Shown: piece by piece, positions 54,843 to 64,000 of the stretch | How positions within the stretch are numbered: the first letter of the stretch is position 1 | Layout of the letters: each line of letters begins with the position of its first letter | Assembly: GCA_963713495.1 (NCBI GenBank) | Contig: CAVQLX010000007.1 | Location: 825,309 to 889,308 of the forward strand | Reading direction: 5' to 3' | Source: an uncultured delta proteobacterium | GTDB taxonomy: Bacteria; Desulfobacterota; Binatia; DP-6 | DNA: 64,000 bases | Notes under the pieces: generated by a model | Seen by the model: the letters and a program-made list of their open reading frames with translations, nothing else | Told to the model about the DNA's origin: nothing | Databases searched by the model: none | Made by a program: the position numbers and the translations under genes

Positions 54843-54868
54843 GTCACGCTCCTCAGTCACGCTCCTCA
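54843..54868 (+). repeat. 13-bp tandem duplication
   Basis: GTCACGCTCCTCA x2. Confidence 0.8.
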
Positions 54869-55474
54869 GCCCATCATCTGACAGATGGGTCCGAGCGGGC
54901 CTACAGGGAAAATCAAATGGCGCGAAATGCCAAGCCAGCACCCGAACAGCAGGCTATTGTGGCTTGGTTCACGAGGCCGCGGGAGCGAGAACCGAATGGG
55001 CTGGAGGACGACCGGGAAGTCCTCCTGCGTGATCGGGGTCGACCCCGCGCGCGGGAATGGAAACGGATCGGGCGGTGGCGCCGAGATCGCGGAGCGACAG
55101 CGCGTTCAGGACGGCTTCTCGATCCCGAGTCGCTTCACTGCGCCCGCGCCGCTTCGGTGGCGCGGCGGAGGCTCCCCCAGACTTCTCTAGCTAGATCCAA
55201 CCGACCCTGGCGCGCCAGTTCAAGCAGGGCCTCTCGCCCGCCGCGTCGTCGCAGCCAGCCGACCGGATCACTAACGCTCGATGCTCGGGAGGTCACTCCT
55301 GGATGGAGCGGATGTAGCTGGCGATGGATGCGACGACGGCTGCCCTCCCGCATCGATGGCCCTCGCGCTTGTCCGTTCGTGCCGCGGATGCCGCCGCGAT
55401 CCTCGTGCGCCCGCCCGCGATGCTCACTGCCACCTCGCGCGGTCGGTGGGACCGCGGTACGATAAACGAGGAGC

Positions 55475-56803
55475 ATGGCCCATTCGTATCCGGCCGACCT
55501 CGCGGAGGTCGTCCTTCGCACGTGGCACGACGGCTCGTCGCTGACCGACGAGTACTGCGAGGCGGTGCACGACCACGACGCGCTGCCCGCGCCCGACGTC
55601 CTCGAGATCATCCTCTCCACCTGTTATCAGGCGAGCCTCCTCCGGGAGGAGGAGCGCCCGGTCCGCTTCCGGCTGATCGTTGCGAACGCCGCGAGCTTTC
55701 CGGCGCCCGGCGGACCGCCGCACGGCCTGCACCGACTCCTCTTCGACGAGCCTCGGCCCTTGTCGCACCATGAGCTGCGCCGGCTCGCGCCCGCGGTCGA
55801 CTTCCACCGCGCGCTGATCGGCGCCCAGATCGACCCGCGCGACGGCCTGATGCTGTGGGGTATGATCACGACCGGACCGCGCTGGGTGCAGGCGATGTAC
55901 GGCGGGCGGCAGCGCTTCCAGCGCCTGCCGGCGAACCTCGTCGTTCGCGTGACGGCACCCGGCCGGGTCGCGGCGTGCAAGGGGCTCGTGACGCTGGCAA
56001 CGCTGGTCGGCGGCCGCATCGTGCAGCCGTCGCTCGACATCTTCGACTCCCCGTGGCTACCGGCGACGTTCGCCGGGTGGCGCGACGAGCTGCTCGCGCT
56101 GCACCGCCAGGCGCGCGAGCGCGCGAGCACGCCGTGGGCGGAGCTCGATCCGGGCCTGCCGCGGCTCATCGTGCAGCACTCCGTGCGGACCGTCATCGGG
56201 CTCATGCGCCACAGTCACCACGGCGGCACCATCCTCTTCCTGCCGGCGGAGGGCGACGGCTCGATCGAGACGCTCGGCGGCCGAGTCCGGCCCAAATACG
56301 GCTTCGCATCCGAAGAGCCGCGCCGACGATTCCCCACGCTCATCGTCGCGCTGATCAACGCGCTCGCCGCCGCGCCGCCGACGCACCCGGAGCGGCGCAA
56401 GGTCGGCTGGGAAGAGTACGTGAGCAGCACCGACGGAGACGTCGCGCAGATCGACGAGGCCATCTTCGAGCTGGCGCACCAGGTCGCGGGCATGGCGGCG
56501 GTCGATGGGGCCGTCGTGCTCGACAAGCGATTCGAGCTGCTCGGGTTCGGCGCCGAGATCGGCGGCGATCTACCGGCGGTGCGCTGGGTCGCACGCGCGC
56601 TCGACGCCGAAGGCACGGCGAAGGTGCGCGAGTCGGTCGAGAGGGACGGGACGCGCCACCGCTCTGCGTACCGGTTGTGCAACTTCGTGCACGACGCGCT
56701 CGCGATCGTCGTGTCGCAGGACGGGACCGTGCGCTTCGTCAAGTGGCACGACGGCGAGGTCACGTACTGGGATCACGTATCGACGAGCGTGCTCGACGTG
56801 TGA
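55475..56803 (+). CDS. DisA_N/DAC (diadenylate cyclase-like) domain protein with a long soluble N-terminal domain
   Basis: C-terminal VDGAVVL (DGA), GFGAEI, GTRHRSA (RHR), VVSQDG; no TM segment. GAGGAG RBS. Confidence 0.8.
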   Translation: MAHSYPADLAEVVLRTWHDGSSLTDEYCEAVHDHDALPAPDVLEIILSTCYQASLLREEERPVRFRLIVANAASFPAPGGPPHGLHRLLFDEPRPLSHHELRRLAPAVDFHRALIGAQIDPRDGLMLWGMITTGPRWVQAMYGGRQRFQRLPANLVVRVTAPGRVAACKGLVTLATLVGGRIVQPSLDIFDSPWLPATFAGWRDELLALHRQARERASTPWAELDPGLPRLIVQHSVRTVIGLMRHSHHGGTILFLPAEGDGSIETLGGRVRPKYGFASEEPRRRFPTLIVALINALAAAPPTHPERRKVGWEEYVSSTDGDVAQIDEAIFELAHQVAGMAAVDGAVVLDKRFELLGFGAEIGGDLPAVRWVARALDAEGTAKVRESVERDGTRHRSAYRLCNFVHDALAIVVSQDGTVRFVKWHDGEVTYWDHVSTSVLDV

Positions 56804-56918
56804 CCGGCGCCCCGAGGAGCTCGCTGGTCGGGTGACGCGCGCGCTCCGCCGCGGAGGACCACGTCCGCCGGACAGGTCGCGATCGTGACGCCGTCGGCGT
56901 CGAACGGGGCCGGCCGCC

Positions 56919-56981
56919 GTTCGAGACGATGTGATGCTTCGCCGGGTCGCAGCTGCGCTCGTTGACGCCCAGGACGACCGC
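56919..56981 (-). pseudogene. GAPDH micro-fragment
   Basis: AVVLGVNERSCDPAKHHIVSN resembles the GVN..YDP.KH.I.SN segment before the catalytic ASCTTNC. Confidence 0.55.
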
Positions 56982-56988
56982 GCGGGAC

Positions 56989-57235
56989 GCGCGGCCGCAT
57001 CACGAAGAAGTCCGCGGCGGCCTGGATAGCGGTGCGAGCGCGCGTCGTCGAACGGGTTCCACGCGCGCAGCCGGTCGCCCCGGGTGCGGGCACGCGAAAG
57101 GAAGAACGCCTCCGCCTCCGGGTCGCCGGATGCCCATGACGACCATCTGCACGTGCCACGCGAGGACCGTGTCGAGCGCATGGGCAAGGACGTCGACGCC
57201 CTTTTGCGACCGAGGCGGGCGATCACCGCGAGAAG
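56989..57235 (-). pseudogene. glgA: Glycogen synthase internal fragment with three frameshifts
   Basis: Joined across frames: LAVIARL/SQKGVDVLAHALDTVLAWHVQMVVMG/SGDPEAEAFF...FDDARSHR/IQAAADFFVM. Confidence 0.75.
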
Positions 57236-57259
57236 CGCCAGGAACGTCAGACCGATCAA

Positions 57260-57282
57260 TGATGACTTCATCACTCTTGACA
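57260..57282 (+). promoter_or_regulatory. Candidate TetR operator next to a -35 box
   Basis: Palindrome TGATGA-CT-TCATCA (57260-57273) followed by TTGACA (57277-57282), upstream of tetR. Confidence 0.55.
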
Positions 57283-57314
57283 TAACCATCAGATATGGGA
57301 TAGAGCCGCTGGCA

Positions 57315-58037
57315 ATGACCGACGGGCGGACAAAGGCAGTAGGACGGCGGGGGACGGCGGGACGCGGGGCGCGCCGGCGGCTGGAGACCCGGGCGCGGCT
57401 GGTGCGGGCGGCCCGCGAGGTGATGGCCCGCAAGGGCGTCGGGGCGACGTCGATCCAGGAGATCACCGAGGCGGCGGACGTCGGCTTCGGCTCGTTCTAC
57501 AATCACTTTGACTCGAAGGACACGATCGCCGCGGCTGTCATGGCGGAGGCAATCGAGAGCTTCGGGACCGCGGCCGACCGGCTCGCCGAGGTGCTCGAAG
57601 ATCCGGCCGAGATCCTCGCGGCCTCGGTGCGCCACGCGGTCGCCAGAGCGGCGGCGGACGAGGCGTGGGGTTGGTTCCTCGTGCGGACCGCGCTGACGCG
57701 GACGGGTGGGCTCCGAGGAGGTCTCGGCGCGCGGCTCGCCCGCGATATCCGGACCGGGCTCGAACGCGGGCGCTTCGAGGCCAACGATCCGCTCGCGGCG
57801 ATGCTGGCGGCCGCCGGCGCCATCCTGGCGATCATCGCCGGACGGCTCCAGGGCGACATCGGTGAGGACGCGCCCGAGCGCGCGGCGACGGTGGTGCTGA
57901 ACCTGGTCGGCCTTCGCGCGAAGGAGGCCGCCACGATCGCGCGCCGACCCCTTCCCGCGATCGCCGCGCCGCACGACGCCCCAACCGGCAAGCGCGCCCC
58001 GGCAGGTGGGCGCCGCCGCGTCCGGAGCGCGTCATGA
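57315..58037 (+). CDS. TetR/AcrR family regulator
   Basis: TSIQEITEAADVGFGSFYNHFDSKD HTH. Confidence 0.92.
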   Translation: MTDGRTKAVGRRGTAGRGARRRLETRARLVRAAREVMARKGVGATSIQEITEAADVGFGSFYNHFDSKDTIAAAVMAEAIESFGTAADRLAEVLEDPAEILAASVRHAVARAAADEAWGWFLVRTALTRTGGLRGGLGARLARDIRTGLERGRFEANDPLAAMLAAAGAILAIIAGRLQGDIGEDAPERAATVVLNLVGLRAKEAATIARRPLPAIAAPHDAPTGKRAPAGGRRRVRSAS

Positions 58038-58909
58038 AGCTCGCGACGTTCACCGACGCCAGGTCCACACGGATCGGCGTGGTCACGGACGACGGCATCG
58101 TCGACCTGGCAGTAGCGGCGCCGAGCCTGCCGCGCGAGATGGCGGCATTCCTCGCCGGTGGTCCCGCCGCGCTGGCCGCGGCTCGCCGGGTCGCGGGGAG
58201 CGCGGAGGTCCGGCTCGGCCTGGCCGACGTCCGGCTCGAGGCACCCGTCCTCCGCCCGCCGAAGTTCCTCGCCATCGGGCTCAATTACGCCGATCACGTG
58301 AAGGAATCGGGTCTGGAGCCGCCGGCCGTGCCGGTCTTCTTCAACAAGCAGTCCACCTGCGTCACCGGCCCGCGGCACCCGATCCACCTGCCGCGCGTGT
58401 CGTCGCTCCTCGACTACGAGGGCGAGCTGGCGTTCGTGATCGGGAAGCGCTGCCGCCACGTGCCGCGAGAGCGGGCGCACGAGGTGATCGCCGGCTACCT
58501 CGTCGTGAACGACGTGAGCGTCCGCGACTGGCAGCTCCGGACGCCGACCATGACGATGGGGAAGTCCTTCGACACGCACGGGCCGATGGGTCCCTGGCTC
58601 GTGACGCCCGACGAGGTGGGAGACCCGCACGCCCTCGAGCTGCGCACCTGGGTGAACGGCGAGCTGCGGCAGCACTCGAACACCCGCGAGCTCATCTTCG
58701 ACTGCTTCGCGCAGGTGGAGCACCTCTCGACGGCCTTCACCCTCGAGCCTGGCGACGCGGTAACGACCGGCACCCCCGCGGGCGTCGGGGGCGCCATGAA
58801 CCCGCCCCGGTTTCTCCGAGCGGGCGACGTGGTCCGGGTCGAGATCGAGCGGATCGGCGCGCTCGAGAACAGCGTGATCCCCGAGCCGGCGGAGACCGCC
58901 TGCCTCTGA
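58034..58909 (+). CDS. Fumarylacetoacetate hydrolase family protein
   Basis: IGLNYADH, DYEGEL, NDVSVRD, GKSFDT, TGTPAGVG. Confidence 0.93.
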   Translation: MKLATFTDARSTRIGVVTDDGIVDLAVAAPSLPREMAAFLAGGPAALAAARRVAGSAEVRLGLADVRLEAPVLRPPKFLAIGLNYADHVKESGLEPPAVPVFFNKQSTCVTGPRHPIHLPRVSSLLDYEGELAFVIGKRCRHVPRERAHEVIAGYLVVNDVSVRDWQLRTPTMTMGKSFDTHGPMGPWLVTPDEVGDPHALELRTWVNGELRQHSNTRELIFDCFAQVEHLSTAFTLEPGDAVTTGTPAGVGGAMNPPRFLRAGDVVRVEIERIGALENSVIPEPAETACL

Positions 58910-58910
58910 C

Positions 58911-60662
58911 ATGCGGCGCATCGCGACAGAGGTACTCGTCATCGGCGGTGGCCCGGTCGGGCTCTCCACGGCGCTCCAGCTCGACGAGCAGGGGGTCGCG
59001 TGCCTGCTGGTCGAGCGGCACCCGACGACGGCCTTCCACCCGAAGGCCTCCTATTTCAACGTCCGGACGATGGAGCTCCTGCGCCAGCTGGGCATCGCCG
59101 ACGAGGTTTACGAGACGGCGCTCTTCCCCACCGGGGTCTCCTTCTACACGAAGCTCCGCGGCCACAAGCTCGGGGTGCTGAGCGGTGCCGACTATCCCGA
59201 TCACGTCGAGCGCGTGCTGCACTCGACCGCCAGCCCGGGCTGCGTCTCCTCGCAGATCGTCCTCGAGGCGATCCTCAAGCGCCACGCAGAGCGTGGTCGC
59301 CACACCATGGTCCTCTTCAACCACGAGCAGATCGCGATCGAGCAGGACGACCAGGGCGTACGGTCGATGGTCGTCGACCGCGCGACGGGCGAGGAGCTCC
59401 GGGTCGAGGCGGCCTACGCCATCGCCTGCGAGGGCGTGCGGAGCAGCACCCGGGAGGCCCTCGGCCGAACGCTCGTCGGCCCGCCACCCTTCGGCCACGT
59501 GATCAACATCTACCTCGAGGCCGACCTCGAGAGCCTCATCGACGAGCGCGACCAGGCGTTGCTCTGGACGGCGACGCCGGAAGCCCCGGGCGCCTTCATC
59601 GCGCTCGGCGGCGACCGGCGCCGCTACTGCTTCAACACGCCGTACTTTCCCGAGGACGGCGAGCGCGCCGAGGACTTCACCCCCGAGCGGTGCCTCGCCC
59701 GTGTGCGGAGCGCGCTCGGAACGGACGAGCTGCCCGTCGCGATCCTGGCGGTCGGGTCCTGGGTGCTGTGCGGGCAGGTGATCGACCGCTACCGCCACGG
59801 CCGCGTCTTCTTTGCCGGCGACACCGCGCACCTGAACATCCCGACTGGGGGCTTCGGCTTCAACACGGGAATGCAGGAGACGCACAACCTCGCGTGGAAA
59901 CTCGGAGCCGTGCTGCGGGGCGAGGCGCCCGATACGCTCCTCGACACGTATCACGACGAGCGCCGCCCCGTCGCCGTCTTCAACGTGGAGAAGAGCCGCG
60001 AGAACGCCGTGAACATCCGCGACACGGGCGCGACCTTCGGCGGCCGCACCCCGAACACCGACGAGATCGACCTCGACACCCCCCGGGGCCGCGCGCAGCG
60101 CGCGGAGAAGTCCCGCGCCATCGCGCGACAGAAGACGCACTTCCTGTTCCTCGGCCAGGAGATCGGCTACGGCTACTGGGACTCTCCGCTCGTCGTGCCG
60201 GACGGGACCAGCCACTACGCGGAGGAGCACGGGGTCGAGAACCCGGTGTACGTCTACGTCCCCAACGCACGCCCGGGGGCGCGGGCGCCGCACTGCTGGG
60301 TGGCGACCGCCGCGGAGCCCGCGGCCCGCCTTCCGATTCACGATCTCTTCGGCGCCGGCTTCGTGCTCCTCACGCACGGAAGGCGTGGGGCGGCCTGGGC
60401 CCGCGCGCTCGACGGGGCCGGGCGGAGGGGCGCGGCGAGGCACTACCACGTCGGGGCGCGGGGCTCGCGCGCCGACCTGCTCGACCTCGACGACGTGTGG
60501 ACCCGGTGCTACGGCATCGCGGAGGACGGCGCCGTGCTCGTGCGTCCCGACGGCCACGTGTGCTGGCGCGCGTTCGATGCGCCCGAGGCGCACGCGGGCA
60601 TCGGACTGGCCCAGGCCCTCGACGTCGCCGTGGGGCGCAGCCCCGGAGGAGCGCGCAGATGA
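58911..60662 (+). CDS. FAD-dependent aromatic monooxygenase (PheA/TfdB-like)
   Basis: GGGPVG, GDTAHLNIPTGGFGFNTG, NLAWKL, PGARAPH, LVRPDGHV. Confidence 0.9.
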   Translation: MRRIATEVLVIGGGPVGLSTALQLDEQGVACLLVERHPTTAFHPKASYFNVRTMELLRQLGIADEVYETALFPTGVSFYTKLRGHKLGVLSGADYPDHVERVLHSTASPGCVSSQIVLEAILKRHAERGRHTMVLFNHEQIAIEQDDQGVRSMVVDRATGEELRVEAAYAIACEGVRSSTREALGRTLVGPPPFGHVINIYLEADLESLIDERDQALLWTATPEAPGAFIALGGDRRRYCFNTPYFPEDGERAEDFTPERCLARVRSALGTDELPVAILAVGSWVLCGQVIDRYRHGRVFFAGDTAHLNIPTGGFGFNTGMQETHNLAWKLGAVLRGEAPDTLLDTYHDERRPVAVFNVEKSRENAVNIRDTGATFGGRTPNTDEIDLDTPRGRAQRAEKSRAIARQKTHFLFLGQEIGYGYWDSPLVVPDGTSHYAEEHGVENPVYVYVPNARPGARAPHCWVATAAEPAARLPIHDLFGAGFVLLTHGRRGAAWARALDGAGRRGAARHYHVGARGSRADLLDLDDVWTRCYGIAEDGAVLVRPDGHVCWRAFDAPEAHAGIGLAQALDVAVGRSPGGARR

Positions 60663-61264
60663 GCATCCAGGACGATCGCAGGCGCCGCCTCGCCCCGGAG
60701 CGCGGTCGCGTGCCGCCCCGCCAGCTCGCGCACGTCGTGCGCCGCACGGCGTGCCTCGACGAGCTGGTCCGCTGGTACTCGACCGTGCTCGGTGCGACGG
60801 TCGTCCACTCCGACGGCACGCTCGCCTTTCTCACCTACGACGACGAGCACCATCGCGTGGCGATCGTGGGCATTCCCGGCCTCCCCGACCAGCCCGCGAT
60901 GGCGGCGGGCACCGACCACATCGCGTTCACGTACGCCGACCTGGACGATCTCCTCCAGACCTATCTCCGCCTCGCGGGCGAGGGCATCGAGCCGTTCTGG
61001 TGCATCAACCACGGGCCGACGACCTCGATGTACTACAAGGATCCCGATGGCAGCCGCGTCGAGCTGCAGGTAGACAACATGCCCTCGCGCGAGGCGATCG
61101 ACCGCTGGATGCGCAGCGGCGAGTTCGCCGCCAATCCGATCGGGGTCGTCTTCGATCCGCGGGAGCTCGTCGCCCGCTACGCCGCCGGCGAGCCGGTGGA
61201 GCAGCTCACGGCGAGGCCGCCGCTCCCCGCCGGGATGTCTCCCTTCGACATGCTGCGGTTCTGA
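60659..61264 (+). CDS. VOC family protein, single-domain extradiol dioxygenase-like
   Basis: LAHVV, TYDDEHHR, DHIAF, NHGPTTSMYYKDPDG..VELQ. Confidence 0.88.
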   Translation: MSIQDDRRRRLAPERGRVPPRQLAHVVRRTACLDELVRWYSTVLGATVVHSDGTLAFLTYDDEHHRVAIVGIPGLPDQPAMAAGTDHIAFTYADLDDLLQTYLRLAGEGIEPFWCINHGPTTSMYYKDPDGSRVELQVDNMPSREAIDRWMRSGEFAANPIGVVFDPRELVARYAAGEPVEQLTARPPLPAGMSPFDMLRF

Positions 61265-61285
61265 AGGATCAGGGGGGAATTGTTC

Positions 61286-62449
61286 ATGCACCGCTCGAAC
61301 GCATCACGTGTCTTCGCAGCGACGCTCGCCATGCTGGCGCTGTCCGTGGGCAGCGCCTGCAAGAGAGCCGAGCCGCCCGCGCCACCCCCGCCCGAGGTCC
61401 TCGTGACGACCGTCGTCCAGAAGGACGTGCCGATCCAAGCCGAGGCGGTGGGAACGACCGTGGGCTTCGTGAACGCGCAGGTCATGCCCCGGGTGCAGGG
61501 GTACCTGCTCAAGCAGAACTATCAGGACGGCGCGAACGTGAAGGCCAGCCAGCTCCTCTTCGAGATCGATGATCGGCCGTACAAGGCCGCGCTCGACCAG
61601 GCGCTCGGCGACCTCGCAAAAGAGCAGGCCACGCTCCGGAAGAACCAGCTGGACGTCGCGCGATACACGCCGCTCGTCGCGAAGGGGGCGGTGAGCAAGG
61701 AGGAGCTCGACAACGCCGCCCAGGCGACCCACGCAAGCGAGGCCCTGGTGCAGGCAGCCCAGGCGGCCGTCGAGAACGCCCGGCTCAACCTGGATTGGAC
61801 TCGGATCTACTCACCCATCGACGGCATCGCCGGGATCGCACCGGTCCAGGTCGGCAATCTCGTGACCCCGGCCACCGTCCTCACCACCGTCTCCCAGGTC
61901 AATCCGATGAAGGTGACCTTCCCGATCACCGAGCGCCAGTACCTGCGCTTCGCCGATCAGATCAAGGAGCATCAGGCGAAGGGCCGGGCAGCGGACGAAC
62001 CGGAGCTTCAGCTCATCCTCGCCGATGGCAGCACGTATCCCCGTCCGGGCCGGTTGTACGTCACGGACCGGGAGGTCGACCAACAGACGGGGACGATCCT
62101 GGTGCAGGCGCTCTTCCCGAACCCCGACGCCATCCTCCGCCCGGGCCTGTACGCCAAGGTCCGCGCGCCGACGGAGACCGTCCGGGGCGCCCTCCTCGTG
62201 CCGGCGCAAGCGGTGGAGGAGACCCAGGGCGCGTACCAGGTCGCGGTCGTCGGACCGGATGACAAGGTCGCGCTCCGCAGGGTGAAGGCCGGCGAGCAGG
62301 TGGACGGGCTCTGGGTCATCACCGAGGGGCTCAAGCCAGGCGAACGCGTCGTGACGGAGGGCCTGCAGAAGGTCAAGGACGGGATCGTCGTGCGTCCCAA
62401 GCCCGACACCTCGGCCCCCGCCGCGCCCGCGCCGCCCGGGCAAGGATAA
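61286..62449 (+). CDS. RND efflux periplasmic adaptor (lipoprotein)
   Basis: Lipobox-like GSAC, PRVQGYL, SPIDG, LRPGLY. Confidence 0.93.
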   Translation: MHRSNASRVFAATLAMLALSVGSACKRAEPPAPPPPEVLVTTVVQKDVPIQAEAVGTTVGFVNAQVMPRVQGYLLKQNYQDGANVKASQLLFEIDDRPYKAALDQALGDLAKEQATLRKNQLDVARYTPLVAKGAVSKEELDNAAQATHASEALVQAAQAAVENARLNLDWTRIYSPIDGIAGIAPVQVGNLVTPATVLTTVSQVNPMKVTFPITERQYLRFADQIKEHQAKGRAADEPELQLILADGSTYPRPGRLYVTDREVDQQTGTILVQALFPNPDAILRPGLYAKVRAPTETVRGALLVPAQAVEETQGAYQVAVVGPDDKVALRRVKAGEQVDGLWVITEGLKPGERVVTEGLQKVKDGIVVRPKPDTSAPAAPAPPGQG

Positions 62450-62457
62450 CGCTCACC

Positions 62458-64000
62458 ATGTCGAGGTTCTTCATCAACAATCCGATCGTCGCGATGGTCA
62501 TCGCCATCCTCTTCGTGATCGGCGGCGCCGTGATGGTGTTCCGGCTGCCCGTCGCGCAGTTCCCCGAGATCGCGCCGCCGCAGATCGAGACGACCGCCGT
62601 GTACACCGGCGCCGACGCGCTCACCGTGGAGCAGTCGGTCGCCACACCGAGCGACGCGCAGGTAAACGGCGCGAAGCGCATGATCTACATGCAGGCGATC
62701 TCCGGCAACGACGGCACGATGACGCTGCAGGTCTCGTTCGAGACCGGCACGGACATCGACATCGATCAGGTGCAGGTCCAGAACCGCCTGGCGCAGGCGC
62801 AGGCCAATTTGCCCCAGGCCGTGAACAACTACGGCCTCACGACCATCCAGACGGCGGGCATCCCGCTGCTCGTCTTCACAATCAACTCCCCGGAGAAGAC
62901 CTGGGACCAGAACTTCCTGTCGAACTACGTCGTGATCAACGTCAAGGACGAGCTCGCCCGGGTGCCCGGGATCGGGCAGGTCAAAATCTTCGGCGCGGCG
63001 AACTACGCCATGCGCGTCTGGGTCGCGCCGGACACGATCGCGAAGCTCGGCCTCACGGTGACCGAGCTCGTGAACGCCATCACGGCGCAGAACGTCGTGA
63101 ATCCCGCGGGCACGCTCGGCGGCGAGCCGGCGCCAGCCGGCCAGAAGCTCACGTACACGGTGCGGGCCCGGGGGCGCCTGATGAGCGCCGAGGAGTTCGG
63201 GGACATCGTCGTGCGCGCAAACAGGGACGGATCGCTCGTGCGCTTGAAGGACGTCGCCCGCCTCGAGCTCGGCGCCGAGAACTACACCCAGCAGGCATAC
63301 GGCAACGGTGTCCCGGCGACGCTCGTCGGCCTCTACCAGGTCCCCGGGTCGAACGCGCTCGATGCCGCCAATCGCGCGAAGGCGACCATGGCGCGCCTGG
63401 CCGAACGGTTCCCCTCCGACATGCACGTCGAGCTGACGCTCGACACGACCGTCCCCGTGACCGAGGGCGCGAAGGAGATCGTCATCACGCTGCTCGAGGC
63501 GATCGGGCTCGTCATCCTGGTCGTCTTCGTCTTCCTCCAGAACTGGCGGGCCACGCTGATCCCGATCCTTACCATTCCGGTCTCCCTCGTCGGCACCTTC
63601 CTGTTCTTCCCCATGCTCGGGTTCACGATCAACCAGCTCTCGCTCCTTGGGCTCGTGCTCGCTGTCGGCCTCGTCGTCGACGACGCGATCGTGGTCGTCG
63701 AGGCGATCGAGGCGAAGATCGAGCAGGGCCTGTCCCCGCGCGATGCGGCACTCGAGGCGATGGACGAGGTGAGTGGCGCGCTCGTCGGCATCGCCCTCGT
63801 GCTTTCCAGCGTGTTCATTCCCGCCGGCTTCATCGCCGGCATCACCGGGTCGCTCTACCGCCAGTTCGCGCTCACCATCGCGTTATCGGTCCTGATCTCC
63901 GCCTTCAACGCGCTCACGCTGAGCCCCGCGCTCGGCGCCCTTCTCCTCCGTCCGCGGCGCAAGGACGCACGCCGCGGACTCGCCGGACGGTTCTTCAACG
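62458..64000 (+). CDS. RND efflux permease (HAE1/AcrB-like), truncated by the window end
   Basis: Manual translation: MSRFFINNPIVA...LPVAQFPEIAPP...YAMRVW...GLVVDDAIVVVE...ALTLSPAL. Confidence 0.93.
   Translation, partial: MSRFFINNPIVAMVIAILFVIGGAVMVFRLPVAQFPEIAPPQIETTAVYTGADALTVEQSVATPSDAQVNGAKRMIYMQAISGNDGTMTLQVSFETGTDIDIDQVQVQNRLAQAQANLPQAVNNYGLTTIQTAGIPLLVFTINSPEKTWDQNFLSNYVVINVKDELARVPGIGQVKIFGAANYAMRVWVAPDTIAKLGLTVTELVNAITAQNVVNPAGTLGGEPAPAGQKLTYTVRARGRLMSAEEFGDIVVRANRDGSLVRLKDVARLELGAENYTQQAYGNGVPATLVGLYQVPGSNALDAANRAKATMARLAERFPSDMHVELTLDTTVPVTEGAKEIVITLLEAIGLVILVVFVFLQNWRATLIPILTIPVSLVGTFLFFPMLGFTINQLSLLGLVLAVGLVVDDAIVVVEAIEAKIEQGLSPRDAALEAMDEVSGALVGIALVLSSVFIPAGFIAGITGSLYRQFALTIALSVLISAFNALTLSPALGALLLRPRRKDARRGLAGRFFN

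Noticed and set aside
54843-54889. 13-bp tandem duplication plus a short inverted repeat as an IS end or iteron
   Set aside because: Only two copies and no matching partner end was found.
55277-55345. Minus-strand peptide ASIASYIRSIQE resembling a cytochrome c C-terminus
   Set aside because: Too short, with no haem motif or start; cannot be supported.

Overview
Very GC-rich bacterial chromosomal segment. Gene content and secreted Cys-rich domains suggest a delta-proteobacterial-like diderm, probably Ca. Binatota/Binatia (inference). Positions 1-52.5 kb are mostly core genome: LLM oxidoreductase, PFK, sugar dehydrogenase, an acyl-CoA dehydrogenase pair, ppx-CHAD-sixA, a cytochrome c/DUF1800/DUF1501/HExxH gene run, a hybrid histidine kinase, csbD, a copper monooxygenase-like protein, trxA, mreBCD-mrdA-rodA, ppiD, radA with a KimA-like transporter, bioFAD with a BirA operator, dksA, larC, ZIP and a Cu-ATPase. 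A tRNA-Ala(CGC) at 52450-52522 begins a decayed island: integrase, IS256 and IS1380 remnants, GNAT, a stand-alone DAC-domain protein, glgA/GAPDH fragments, then a TetR-FAH-monooxygenase-VOC cluster and an RND pump running off the end. Five otherwise intact genes carry frameshifts that are all repaired by removing extra single bases, most likely sequencing errors. All calls come from manual motif reading; no database searches were run.
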